Shown here: positions 27,308 to 34,501 of the stretch, one piece after another | Layout of the letters: every line of letters starts with the position of its first letter | Position numbering within the stretch: the first letter of the stretch is position 1 | IMG/VR virus record: IMGVR_UViG_3300031232_000019 | Location: 1-34,524 of that record | Direction: 5' to 3' (one strand) | Source of the DNA: a virus | Lineage: Duplodnaviria; Caudoviricetes | Length of the DNA stretch: 34,524 nucleotides | Position numbers and translations under genes: made by a program | The notes under the pieces: generated by a model | Database searches by the model: none | Seen by the model: only the letters and a program-made list of their open reading frames with translations | Told to the model about the DNA's origin: nothing

Positions 27308-27489
27308 GGCGACCCCTTCCGCGCCTGGTCCACCGCCACCCGCAGCGCGATCTGCCGCCACCCGGCCGGGATTCCGCCCAGCCACGTTAACAGCGCCGCC
27401 AACGCCGGCCACCGCGACGGATCGGCGTCGACATACTCCCCCGCCGACACCAGCTCATCGCCGGCGCCGTCCGGTGTATCCAGTAGCAT
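27304..27489 (-). CDS. Hypothetical protein
   Basis: MLLDTPDG...; stop overlaps the next ATG; start position uncertain. Confidence 0.4.
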   Translation of the reverse strand: MLLDTPDGAGDELVSAGEYVDADPSRWPALAALLTWLGGIPAGWRQIALRVAVDQARKGSP

Positions 27490-27762
27490 ATTACTGGAAG
27501 GGCGGTCGTCCGTATTCAGCGGAGTATTACCGGGCGAACGGCGTGGAAAGGGTGACATAGATTTTGACGGGTGCCTGACTTCCGGGGGGTGGGAGTGGCC
27601 GGCGGGGGGTGTATGTATTCTTTGGATGCATACTCGACGCAGCCCAGCGCATCGACGCACGCAGCCAGCGCGATGCTCCTGACTCGATGCGAATGGCTGA
27701 TGGGTTGGCGATCATCGGGGATAGTCAGTGGATTTTGGCAGGGGATTGGGGGGCGCACGAAC

Positions 27763-28356
27763 TTACTGTTCGAGTCCCTTCCCATCCCTTACGCTCGCAG
27801 ATGCAGCGACTTGCGGAGCAACTGACAACTCGGCTGACAATCCATCATCAAAATCCAGCTCGATCACGGGCACGACGACCCGCGGCGCTGGCGCTTCGAG
27901 CGGTCGTGCAAAAATCGCTGTTAGGGAGATATTTACCGCATCGGTTTGCAGGTCTAGACCCAGGGCTTGTCTTTTCAGATCCACGGCAATCTTCGTTCCC
28001 CGCATCGCGTCGGCGAAATCCTTCGGAACGGAGGTTTTCGTGGCCATGTTGAACCCTTTTTCGGCGAGTTCACCTGACCTAAGATCCACATTTGCAACGA
28101 ATTCCTTAGCTGAATCGAGCCCGGCTTCTACACCGTCCCGCTCGGCCTGATCCTCCATCTCGCGGCGCTTGGCCGGCCAGCCGTGGCGGTTGGAAAGTTG
28201 AGTGATTTGGAGCGGTGTTTTTTTGAGGGCCTTTGCTATCTCAGTGGGCATGAACCCCCTTACCAAGTAGAGCGTGCGAGCGCGCAGCGTTTCGGCGCGG
28301 GAAAAGGCGCGACCTGAATTGATGTGCCGGGTTTTATTCACTTCGGCGGACGGCAA
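27763..28356 (-). CDS. terS: Terminase small subunit-like HTH protein
   Basis: ARTLYLVRGFMPTEIAKAL...ITQLSNRHGWPAKR N-terminal HTH followed by helical oligomerisation-like segments; first gene of the late operon. Confidence 0.65.
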   Translation of the reverse strand: MPSAEVNKTRHINSGRAFSRAETLRARTLYLVRGFMPTEIAKALKKTPLQITQLSNRHGWPAKRREMEDQAERDGVEAGLDSAKEFVANVDLRSGELAEKGFNMATKTSVPKDFADAMRGTKIAVDLKRQALGLDLQTDAVNISLTAIFARPLEAPAPRVVVPVIELDFDDGLSAELSVAPQVAASASVRDGKGLEQ

Positions 28357-28500
28357 AGGATGCCAGACCCAATCGCAAGCGTCACAGAATCAGTCCCCGG
28401 TTTGACCCGTTTTTCGGGTGGTCTCTGTTGCAGATGGCTTGCGGCTGTTGAACCAGGTTGTTAAGTGGTCTAAAACGGCTGAAACCTCTGCATGCCGAAG

Positions 28501-28635
28501 AAAATGGACCACGCGGACCAGATGGACCACATCCCCCTTTAGGGGGATTGGTCTGGTCAAGTGGTCCATTTTTCGGCTGGTTGTGATTTTGGACCGTGGT
28601 CCATGATTTGGTCCACTTTGGTCCAAGTGGTCCGG
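28501..28635. repeat. Array of nine GGWCC (mostly TGGWCCA) units including a long inverted repeat
   Basis: GGWCC at about 28506, 28515, 28524, 28563, 28591, 28598, 28610, 28620 and 28629; AAAATGGACCAC...TCCCCC-TTTA-GGGGGA...GTGGTCCATTTT. Confidence 0.9.
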
Positions 28636-28728
28636 GGAGAAACTGGAAAAAACTTACGTAAAGTTCTAAGCGCTAATCGTGACTTACAGAATTTAGGAAA
28701 CTGATTTTAGGTGATCCTCCGATATGTC

Positions 28729-28759
28729 TTGAGTTCCAAGCCGTTTGGTTCGATATAAA
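28729..28759 (+). promoter_or_regulatory. Candidate sigma70-type promoter for the plus-strand cassette
   Basis: TTGAGT then 17 bp to GATATA (or 19 bp to TATAAA) in an AT-rich stretch; GGAG precedes the ATG at 28824. Confidence 0.35.
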
Positions 28760-28823
28760 GCGCACGGGGCGAAGGCGACCCGGCAAAGAAACTCAATCAA
28801 CAGACGAAACTGGAGAAACGATA

Positions 28824-29096
28824 ATGAAAATCACGATCAACCATAACGGATTCCACGGCTACACCTCCCGCACGCTGCTTCTTAAGGGAGCAGCCGGAGA
28901 ACGGGTCGAACTGACTTGCTCGCAGGTGAAAAAACTGGAGCGAGCGGCCTGCGGAATCTCGGCCTGCAAATGCGGAGAGACATTATTTGCGGCCTGCGAA
29001 ATCCCCGAGCCGTGGCTCGAAGCTGCCGCGGTTTTTTTGGTAATCCCCACGACGGGCAACGAAATCAACGTGCGCGGGAATTACCCGCAAAACTGA
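28824..29096 (+). CDS. Hypothetical early protein (CGISACKCG)
   Basis: First ORF after the candidate promoter; SD-like GGAG upstream. Confidence 0.65.
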   Translation: MKITINHNGFHGYTSRTLLLKGAAGERVELTCSQVKKLERAACGISACKCGETLFAACEIPEPWLEAAAVFLVIPTTGNEINVRGNYPQN

Positions 29097-29116
29097 ACCC
29101 TCAACCCATCCACAAA

Positions 29117-29440
29117 ATGAATACAAAGATAATTCCGGCCGCAAACGCGTGGGCCTATGACGAAATGAAAGCCGACCTGCGGGCCGGCCTGAACCAGTGG
29201 CGGGAAGTCACGGCCGAATTTGCCGAGCAAGCCCTGAACGTGCTGCCCCCGATTTACGGCGTGCGCGGTGGTTTTCTCGTGTCGGAACCGTTCACGCACA
29301 CGGACCGCGGGGCAATTTACGCGGGCTTCATCGCTTTGGACGGGCGGCACTTTGCGCGCTACTCGTCGGCCCGGGACTTTGCGGGGAAATGCGACGAATT
29401 GCGCACGGCGCTGGCGGCGCCGGCCGGGGAGGCGAAATGA
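29117..29440 (+). CDS. DUF1419-like protein
   Basis: WREVTAEFAEQALNVLPPI...FLVSEP...FIALDGRHF resembles the DUF1419 pattern; start at MNTKII. Confidence 0.55.
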   Translation: MNTKIIPAANAWAYDEMKADLRAGLNQWREVTAEFAEQALNVLPPIYGVRGGFLVSEPFTHTDRGAIYAGFIALDGRHFARYSSARDFAGKCDELRTALAAPAGEAK

Positions 29441-29871
29441 TCGCGCCCCTCGGATTCTCTCCCACGCCGGCCGCGGCGCTGATCGCGCTGCGTGGTTTCA
29501 TCGGTCCCGGGCAGCTCGCGGCCGTGCGGCAACTGCTGCGCGGCGAGGAAGGGGCGTGGTATCAGTCGAAGATTTGCGCGCTGGCGGCGACGGTGCTCGT
29601 GATGCCCGAGACCTACGGGCAGGACGGGAAGGGATCGGCCGCGGTGGTGTTCCTGCACTACTTCACGGGCGGGTGTGATTTTTATCTGACCGAGAAGGAC
29701 CGCGGCGACCCGGACGACGCCCCCGAGGATTTTCAGTCGCAGGCGTTCGGGCTGGCAAATCTCGGGCAGGGCGGGGAGCTGGGCTACATCAGTTTGCCGG
29801 AGATCCTGAGCTGTGGCGCGGAGTTGGATTTCCACTGGGAGCCGAAAACGCTGGAGGAAATTGGAGCCTGA
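29437..29871 (+). CDS. DUF2958-like protein
   Basis: MPETYGQDG...LHYFTGGCDFYLTE...AFGLANLG...ELGYISLPEI...ELDFHWEPKTL; GGAGG and ATGA coupling at 29437. Confidence 0.7.
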   Translation: MIAPLGFSPTPAAALIALRGFIGPGQLAAVRQLLRGEEGAWYQSKICALAATVLVMPETYGQDGKGSAAVVFLHYFTGGCDFYLTEKDRGDPDDAPEDFQSQAFGLANLGQGGELGYISLPEILSCGAELDFHWEPKTLEEIGA

Positions 29872-29938
29872 TTTTCGCCCCGTGCTGCCGGTTCGACCGG
29901 CGGCACCAAGCGGCAATGAAGCTGCAAACCGAATCACC

Positions 29939-30127
29939 ATGAAAAGCATCATCTATACTAAAATTATCGACGAAGCCGGCCGGACGTGCTGGCAGTGGGA
30001 AGTCTTCACGGTGCTGGGCGCGGGCGCTTGGGCCGTGGACCAAGACACGCTGCTATTGGGCGGCGGCTATGCCCGGACGGCCAAGGACGCGCAACACGAC
30101 GCGGAAATCTTCGCGGACGCACCATGA
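29939..30127 (+). CDS. Hypothetical early protein
   Basis: MKSIIYTK... after an intergenic hairpin; coupled to the next gene. Confidence 0.55.
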   Translation: MKSIIYTKIIDEAGRTCWQWEVFTVLGAGAWAVDQDTLLLGGGYARTAKDAQHDAEIFADAP

Positions 30128-30558
30128 TCGCCGCGCATTATATTTCCGACCCGCGGACGATCGCCGGCGCGGTCTGGCGGCTGGTGGTGGTGGACTCGCG
30201 TTGCATGCCCGGTTCCCGGACCGTGGAGGCGCAATTCTGCCGGGCGGGGCTCTGGCGTCCGGGCACGACGGTGGCGGGCTCCTGCGACGACACGGCGGGG
30301 GCCTACGGGCTGCCGGCCGCGGTGGCCACGGCGTTCCGGCGGTCGATGCCGGAGATCGAGCGGCTTTTGCAGCGCGTGCCGGAGATTCAGGGGGAACTCG
30401 GCTCAATCCACGCGGATCTCGCGCGGGATGAGCTGGCGCGGCGGGAAGTGGCTTGCGCCCGGCGTGCGGCGGAGTACGAAAAGCAGGACGCGTTAAGGGT
30501 GGCCGAATTTGAAAAGCGCGCCCGCGGCGACGATTTGCCGATGTTTGCGAGCGCCTGA
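30124..30558 (+). CDS. Hypothetical early protein
   Basis: MIAAHYISD..., ATGA overlap, C-terminal coiled coil. Confidence 0.55.
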   Translation: MIAAHYISDPRTIAGAVWRLVVVDSRCMPGSRTVEAQFCRAGLWRPGTTVAGSCDDTAGAYGLPAAVATAFRRSMPEIERLLQRVPEIQGELGSIHADLARDELARREVACARRAAEYEKQDALRVAEFEKRARGDDLPMFASA

Positions 30559-30576
30559 ATTTTTTCTGCACAAAAA

Positions 30577-30828
30577 ATGAAAACCATGAAATTCAAATCG
30601 ACTGGCTCGGGGCGCGTCTCCGGGCAGCACCCCAACGCCCCGCTCGGAGCAATCCGCGACGGACTTTACACTTATGAAGTCACCGGCATCCCGGAAGCGA
30701 CCAGCACCGCGGAAGTGCAGCGGCTCCTCGACGGGACGACGACGTTTTTAGCGGAAAGCGCCGGCCGCTTCTCTTTCAGCTTCGCCGAACTTGGAGTCGG
30801 CCACATCCTGCAAGCCGCCCGGCCGTAA
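30577..30828 (+). CDS. Hypothetical early protein
   Basis: 83-aa ORF in tight cassette spacing. Confidence 0.55.
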   Translation: MKTMKFKSTGSGRVSGQHPNAPLGAIRDGLYTYEVTGIPEATSTAEVQRLLDGTTTFLAESAGRFSFSFAELGVGHILQAARP

Positions 30829-30864
30829 ACCAATCTGGTTCGCCCGCGCCGCTGTGAACCAATC

Positions 30865-31125
30865 ATGAGCGCAGCCGACACAGCTAAGCCATATTATGTC
30901 CAGGGGTGGGCCGATGCCCGTGGGTCTGGCATACGACGCGGCCCGGTTCACCTGTTCCCGGTGGTCGGGCAGAACGTTTCGTCACTTTGCGGAAGCCGCG
31001 TAAAGTTTTGGAATTTCGAGGGAGAAACCGACGAGGATTTTTGCCCTCACTGCCTGCGGATCGCACGAAAAATGAACGCGGCCACCGCCGCAATAGACGC
31101 AGTTCCTTTAACCTCGCCTCGCTGA
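30865..31125 (+). CDS. Small Cys/His metal-binding-like protein
   Basis: VHL...SLCG...CPHCLR; followed by a terminator. Confidence 0.55.
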   Translation: MSAADTAKPYYVQGWADARGSGIRRGPVHLFPVVGQNVSSLCGSRVKFWNFEGETDEDFCPHCLRIARKMNAATAAIDAVPLTSPR

Positions 31126-31151
31126 ACAAATCAGAGGTGTTGAGACTGGAG

Positions 31152-31178
31152 CCGGTCCGTTCGCGGGCCGGTTTTTTT
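31152..31178 (+). terminator. Rho-independent terminator of the plus-strand cassette
   Basis: CCGGTCCG-TTCG-CGGGCCGG-TTTTTTT. Confidence 0.8.
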
Positions 31179-31184
31179 ATGCCC

Positions 31185-31235
31185 AAAACGAAAAGGCCGA
31201 CCCGGTGAAGGATCGGCCTTTTCGTCGTCTTTTTT
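31185..31235. terminator. Bidirectional terminator-like hairpin
   Basis: ACGAAAAGGCCGACCC-GGTGAA-GGATCGGCCTTTTCGT with A/T tracts on both sides. Confidence 0.75.
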
Positions 31236-31335
31236 CAACACGAGCTTTCGCCCGTGAATAGAAACGAACACCGATCCGCGTCCGGTCCGGCGAAAGCAGA
31301 AAAAATTCGGTAGTGTCCTAGTTTGAATCCGGGCA

Positions 31336-31360
31336 CAAAAAAGCCCGGTTTTATCGGGGC
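31336..31360 (-). terminator. Terminator after the minus-strand 113-aa gene
   Basis: Minus strand GCCCCGA-TAAAA-CCGGGC-TTTTTT. Confidence 0.6.
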
Positions 31361-31367
31361 CAATGAT

Positions 31368-31709
31368 TCATTGGAATCGAACTTGAGAAGCGGGCACCCC
31401 AGCTTCCGACCCTTCGATGCTAAGGAAGAGAACGCCGTCCTGCGTCCCTTTTTCTCCGGTCACAACTACCGGTTGATCGTTGTTTTTATTATTCCAGATC
31501 GCCTTTGCTGGATACGAGCGAGCCTGTGGCGCTTTCACTATACCGGGCTTCAGCGCGGCAAGAAGTGTGGTGTAAAAGCTGAAATCGGCATCCGACACGG
31601 ATGACGGAAGGCGGTAATAAGCGACAATGCCGCTCGGAAGCGGGACAGGAAAATCAATCAATCCAGTCATCGGAGCGGGCGGAGATGGCCGCGGCGTGTC
31701 GGAGTTCAT
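31368..31709 (-). CDS. Hypothetical protein
   Basis: 113 aa, globular-looking, somewhat lower GC, followed by a terminator. Confidence 0.55.
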   Translation of the reverse strand: MNSDTPRPSPPAPMTGLIDFPVPLPSGIVAYYRLPSSVSDADFSFYTTLLAALKPGIVKAPQARSYPAKAIWNNKNNDQPVVVTGEKGTQDGVLFLSIEGSEAGVPASQVRFQ

Positions 31710-31756
31710 AAAAGGTGAGCCGCCACTGACGCAGGTTGCTCAGTCGCGTGTGTGGG

Positions 31757-32119
31757 TTACAGTCCCACTTGCGGCGGGACTTCGGGAATGACGACCGGAT
31801 CGGGAATGGCGTCATCCACCGTTTGGGCCGCGACCTTCACCGCCTCCACGGCGTCCGTGAGTTCTTCGGTTGATTCGCCACCGGCCTCGATCGCCGCTTC
31901 CAATTCGGCGATTTTGGCGTTGAGGGTGTCGACCGACGTTTGCACGCCTTTGATTTCGGTATTCGATTTTTCGAGCTGCGCTGTGATGCCGCGGAGAATG
32001 CCCGCGAGTTCTGCCTGGGTTGCCATGATTTTGTTTCCTAGTTTTTCCAAGTCGTGGGGGGTAAGAGGGAGGAAGCGCGACCTGATTCGCCGCCAGCCAT
32101 ATCCGAGTGTTTGATACAT
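31757..32119 (-). CDS. Coiled-coil hypothetical protein
   Basis: MYQTLG...IMATQAELAGILRGITAQLEK...LNAKIAELEAAI; the longer track ORF overlaps the YkgJ-like gene, so the start was moved to 32119. Confidence 0.6.
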   Translation of the reverse strand: MYQTLGYGWRRIRSRFLPLTPHDLEKLGNKIMATQAELAGILRGITAQLEKSNTEIKGVQTSVDTLNAKIAELEAAIEAGGESTEELTDAVEAVKVAAQTVDDAIPDPVVIPEVPPQVGL

Positions 32120-32124
32120 TGGGA

Positions 32125-32766
32125 TCATTTTTCGCTGGAAACGGGGGCGGCCGGTTCCGGGCCGGTGATGGACAGATCGACCGCGGCCTGGCTCCGCTCG
32201 GTTTTGCCGAGGAGCACATGCGCGAGCCAGACGCCCAGGTGATCGAACTGGAGCAGGCCGGGCGCGTCGCCGGTCATCAGGCTGGCCGCACGCACCATGA
32301 TTTCCGGTTCCTGCGCGGTCAGGACGAACTTTTGATGGGTGCGCGCGGCATCGTCGGCACACCGCGACGGGTGCCTGATCGCGAGATGCACGCGGCAGGA
32401 GATCGGGCGGACGGCATAGGCGCGGCATTCCGTGCCGTGCAGAAACGGACACCAGATTTTTTGCGCGCGATAGCGGGCCAGCTCCGTGCCATCCTGTTCC
32501 CAGCTCACGGGCGCCTCGTCCAGTTGGGCGCCCCAAAACATTTCCCACCATGCCGCGGTCCGGGCCGTGACTTCAGCGCGGGCGGCCGGATCGGTCAGGG
32601 TATCGACCAGGCCGACGGCTTCACTCCGCTCTGCCATGACCGGCTCCTTGCAGCAGTGGAAACAGCCGCGGTGACAGGTCGGCGGGTTGCCCAGGCGCGT
32701 CGTGGTGCGGACGACGGCGACCATGTAGCGGTCAACGTAAGCGTGCGCCGCGGCCACGGGGCTCAT
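32125..32766 (-). CDS. YkgJ/CxxCxxCC family cysteine-cluster protein
   Basis: CHRGCFHCC...CPFL...CRAYAVRPISCR, the full family signature. Confidence 0.85.
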   Translation of the reverse strand: MSPVAAAHAYVDRYMVAVVRTTTRLGNPPTCHRGCFHCCKEPVMAERSEAVGLVDTLTDPAARAEVTARTAAWWEMFWGAQLDEAPVSWEQDGTELARYRAQKIWCPFLHGTECRAYAVRPISCRVHLAIRHPSRCADDAARTHQKFVLTAQEPEIMVRAASLMTGDAPGLLQFDHLGVWLAHVLLGKTERSQAAVDLSITGPEPAAPVSSEK

Positions 32767-32975
32767 AACCACACCTCGACAATGTTCGGGTCGTCATGCG
32801 GATCGCGGCACAGGCGGGACAGGCCCGGCGGCAAGCGGTCGCGCACCGCATGCAGCGATCCCGCGATCCAGTGCTCCGGCGTCGGCCGATCCCCTTCAAA
32901 TTTCCGCACGATGTAATGCAGCGGAAAATCCGCCGGGGCGGCATAAACGACATAAAGCGTGAGCGGTGGGGGCAT
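32763..32975 (-). CDS. Small phage hypothetical protein
   Basis: LYVVYAAPADFPLHYIVRKF...LPPGL...RDPHDDPNIVEVWL, a pattern I recall from small phage proteins. Confidence 0.65.
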   Translation of the reverse strand: MPPPLTLYVVYAAPADFPLHYIVRKFEGDRPTPEHWIAGSLHAVRDRLPPGLSRLCRDPHDDPNIVEVWL

Positions 32976-33028
32976 GGCGCGCGTCAGGTTTGGATTTTGA
33001 AAGTGACCGCGAAGCAAGCGTCGCAAAA

Positions 33029-33340
33029 TCAGTCGGCCTCGACGGGGAGTTTCCGCCGCTGCGCGGCCCAGGCGGCATCGGTCGGCGCCGCCAAAAAACC
33101 GAGCGCGAAAAACAGGTTCAGTTGCACGTCGCGCGCCCCGCGGCACAGCACCGACGGCTTGCCGGTGCGGTGGTGAAACGCGTTATTCGATCCGCTGGAA
33201 TGGCAGATCCGCGAGGCTTCCGTGACCGCTGATTCGGCGAGAGTGCCCGCCAAGTACGTGTTCGGACTGCCGGGCCGAAACGGACAGGTGGCGCACATCA
33301 CGCGCCGGACTGGCAGAGACTTGGTTTTCGACAGGTTCAC
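33029..33340 (-). CDS. Cys/His metal-binding protein (DUF6283-like)
   Basis: CATCPFR...ICH...LCRG. Confidence 0.55.
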   Translation of the reverse strand: MNLSKTKSLPVRRVMCATCPFRPGSPNTYLAGTLAESAVTEASRICHSSGSNNAFHHRTGKPSVLCRGARDVQLNLFFALGFLAAPTDAAWAAQRRKLPVEAD

Positions 33341-33654
33341 AGCGCATGCGTCTTCAGATATTTGACCAGATCATGGTCGACGATCGCGCGCGCGGCATAG
33401 ATCGCCGATGCGGCAAAGGGGCTCGTGCCGTTGCGAAAATCCTGCCGGCTCGCTCCGTTCGCCCGCGTCAACCCCGCTTTCCCGATCCGATAGGTGATCT
33501 GCGACGCCGACAGGCCGGTGATCGACTGAATATAGTAGGTCGACATGCCCATTGCCGCCAGCAACGCGCATTCGTGATCCGAGACCAGGCTGACGAAATC
33601 CACCCGCCGCGGCTTGGCGTGGAGAATCCGCTGGACTGAGTTTGTCGTACTCAT
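33337..33654 (-). CDS. HTH-like DNA-binding protein
   Basis: LLAAMGMSTYYIQSITGLSASQITYRI; start at MSTTNS with ATGA coupling. Confidence 0.55.
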   Translation of the reverse strand: MSTTNSVQRILHAKPRRVDFVSLVSDHECALLAAMGMSTYYIQSITGLSASQITYRIGKAGLTRANGASRQDFRNGTSPFAASAIYAARAIVDHDLVKYLKTHAL

Positions 33655-34007
33655 GGCGTCGTGGTTTTGCGGGCATTGCGCCGTCTCGATTTGCGCGTAT
33701 AAATGCACGCGGCAGTCGCGGAGCGCGTCCGGCCAATTTTCAGGGCGATCTGCCGCGGTTTTTCGCCGGCCTCGTACAGCCGGATGCACTCCGCCCGTTC
33801 CTCCTCGGTCCAGGGCGACCGTTTGACCTTTTCCTTGGGCACCGTAAGCAACGGCGTTTGACCGTTGTTGCCGTTTGGATGGACGAGCGCCGAGGGCGAG
33901 GCACGCAGCGCACCGTATTGGAGCGCCACGGCGATGTTGTGGATGTTGCAGCCGCAATTGGGGCAGAAATTCGGCTCAAAGGGGCGGGAGGCAGCGGGTG
34001 GAATCAT
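33651..34007 (-). CDS. CxxC motif plus Myb/GcrA-like HTH protein
   Basis: FCPNCG, then WTEEERAECIRLYEAGEKPRQIALKIGRTRSA; start at MIPPAA. Confidence 0.6.
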   Translation of the reverse strand: MIPPAASRPFEPNFCPNCGCNIHNIAVALQYGALRASPSALVHPNGNNGQTPLLTVPKEKVKRSPWTEEERAECIRLYEAGEKPRQIALKIGRTRSATAACIYTRKSRRRNARKTTTP

Positions 34008-34501
34008 GGGTTGGGTTGATCGGTTTTGTCTGGCACGCGGACGATTTTGACGTGCATCCAGGATTTCTTTTCCCGCAGGGCCACGTCGAAAAACTTTTGC
34101 TTGTCGCCCTCGATGATCAGGTATTCGCGATCGAGTGGCGCACCGACGAATGCCCGGCCCAGCAGCCCCAGCCAATCGGCCACCTGGTTCAGCCGGCGCC
34201 GGCTGTCCTCCGTGAATTGATCCCGCACCGCGTACCAGCTTTTGCGGTCGAGTGGACCGAATGGATCACTATTGAAGCCGCCGTTATACCGGAGGCGAAA
34301 TATCATAAACCATTCCTGCGGGTTGATCTCATACCGCCACACCAACGACGCCACATCGCCGCCGAAGGGCGGTACGACCGCCGGCGGGAGCGTAATGAAA
34401 CACATCCGGTCAAAGTATCGCCCCGGACAAATGTTGAACATCGGCTCATTCCACGGCAGCGCCGCGGCGTTCTCCAGGCGCATGCGCTCGTCCTCAGTCA
34501 C
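34004..34501 (-). CDS. Hypothetical protein
   Basis: 165-aa globular-looking ORF coupled to the downstream gene. Confidence 0.6.
   Translation of the reverse strand: MTEDERMRLENAAALPWNEPMFNICPGRYFDRMCFITLPPAVVPPFGGDVASLVWRYEINPQEWFMIFRLRYNGGFNSDPFGPLDRKSWYAVRDQFTEDSRRRLNQVADWLGLLGRAFVGAPLDREYLIIEGDKQKFFDVALREKKSWMHVKIVRVPDKTDQPNP

Noticed and set aside
429-28356. Alternative genetic code or stop-codon reassignment
   Set aside because: Genes tile tightly with frequent ATGA overlaps under the standard code, and the tRNA is not a suppressor.
28390-28626. 78-aa minus-strand and 62-aa plus-strand ORFs over the repeat array
   Set aside because: Translations simply reflect the repeat (DH/DQ, WT/WS); more likely non-coding.
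28501-28635. CRISPR array interpretation of the GGWCC repeats
   Set aside because: Units are only 5-7 bp, in both orientations, with no 25-40-bp repeats or unique spacers; no cas genes.
28651-28690. AACTTACGTAAAGTT and GTAAAGT...ACTTAC imperfect palindromes as an operator or dif-like site
   Set aside because: Too degenerate to assign by eye; does not match the XerC/D dif consensus.
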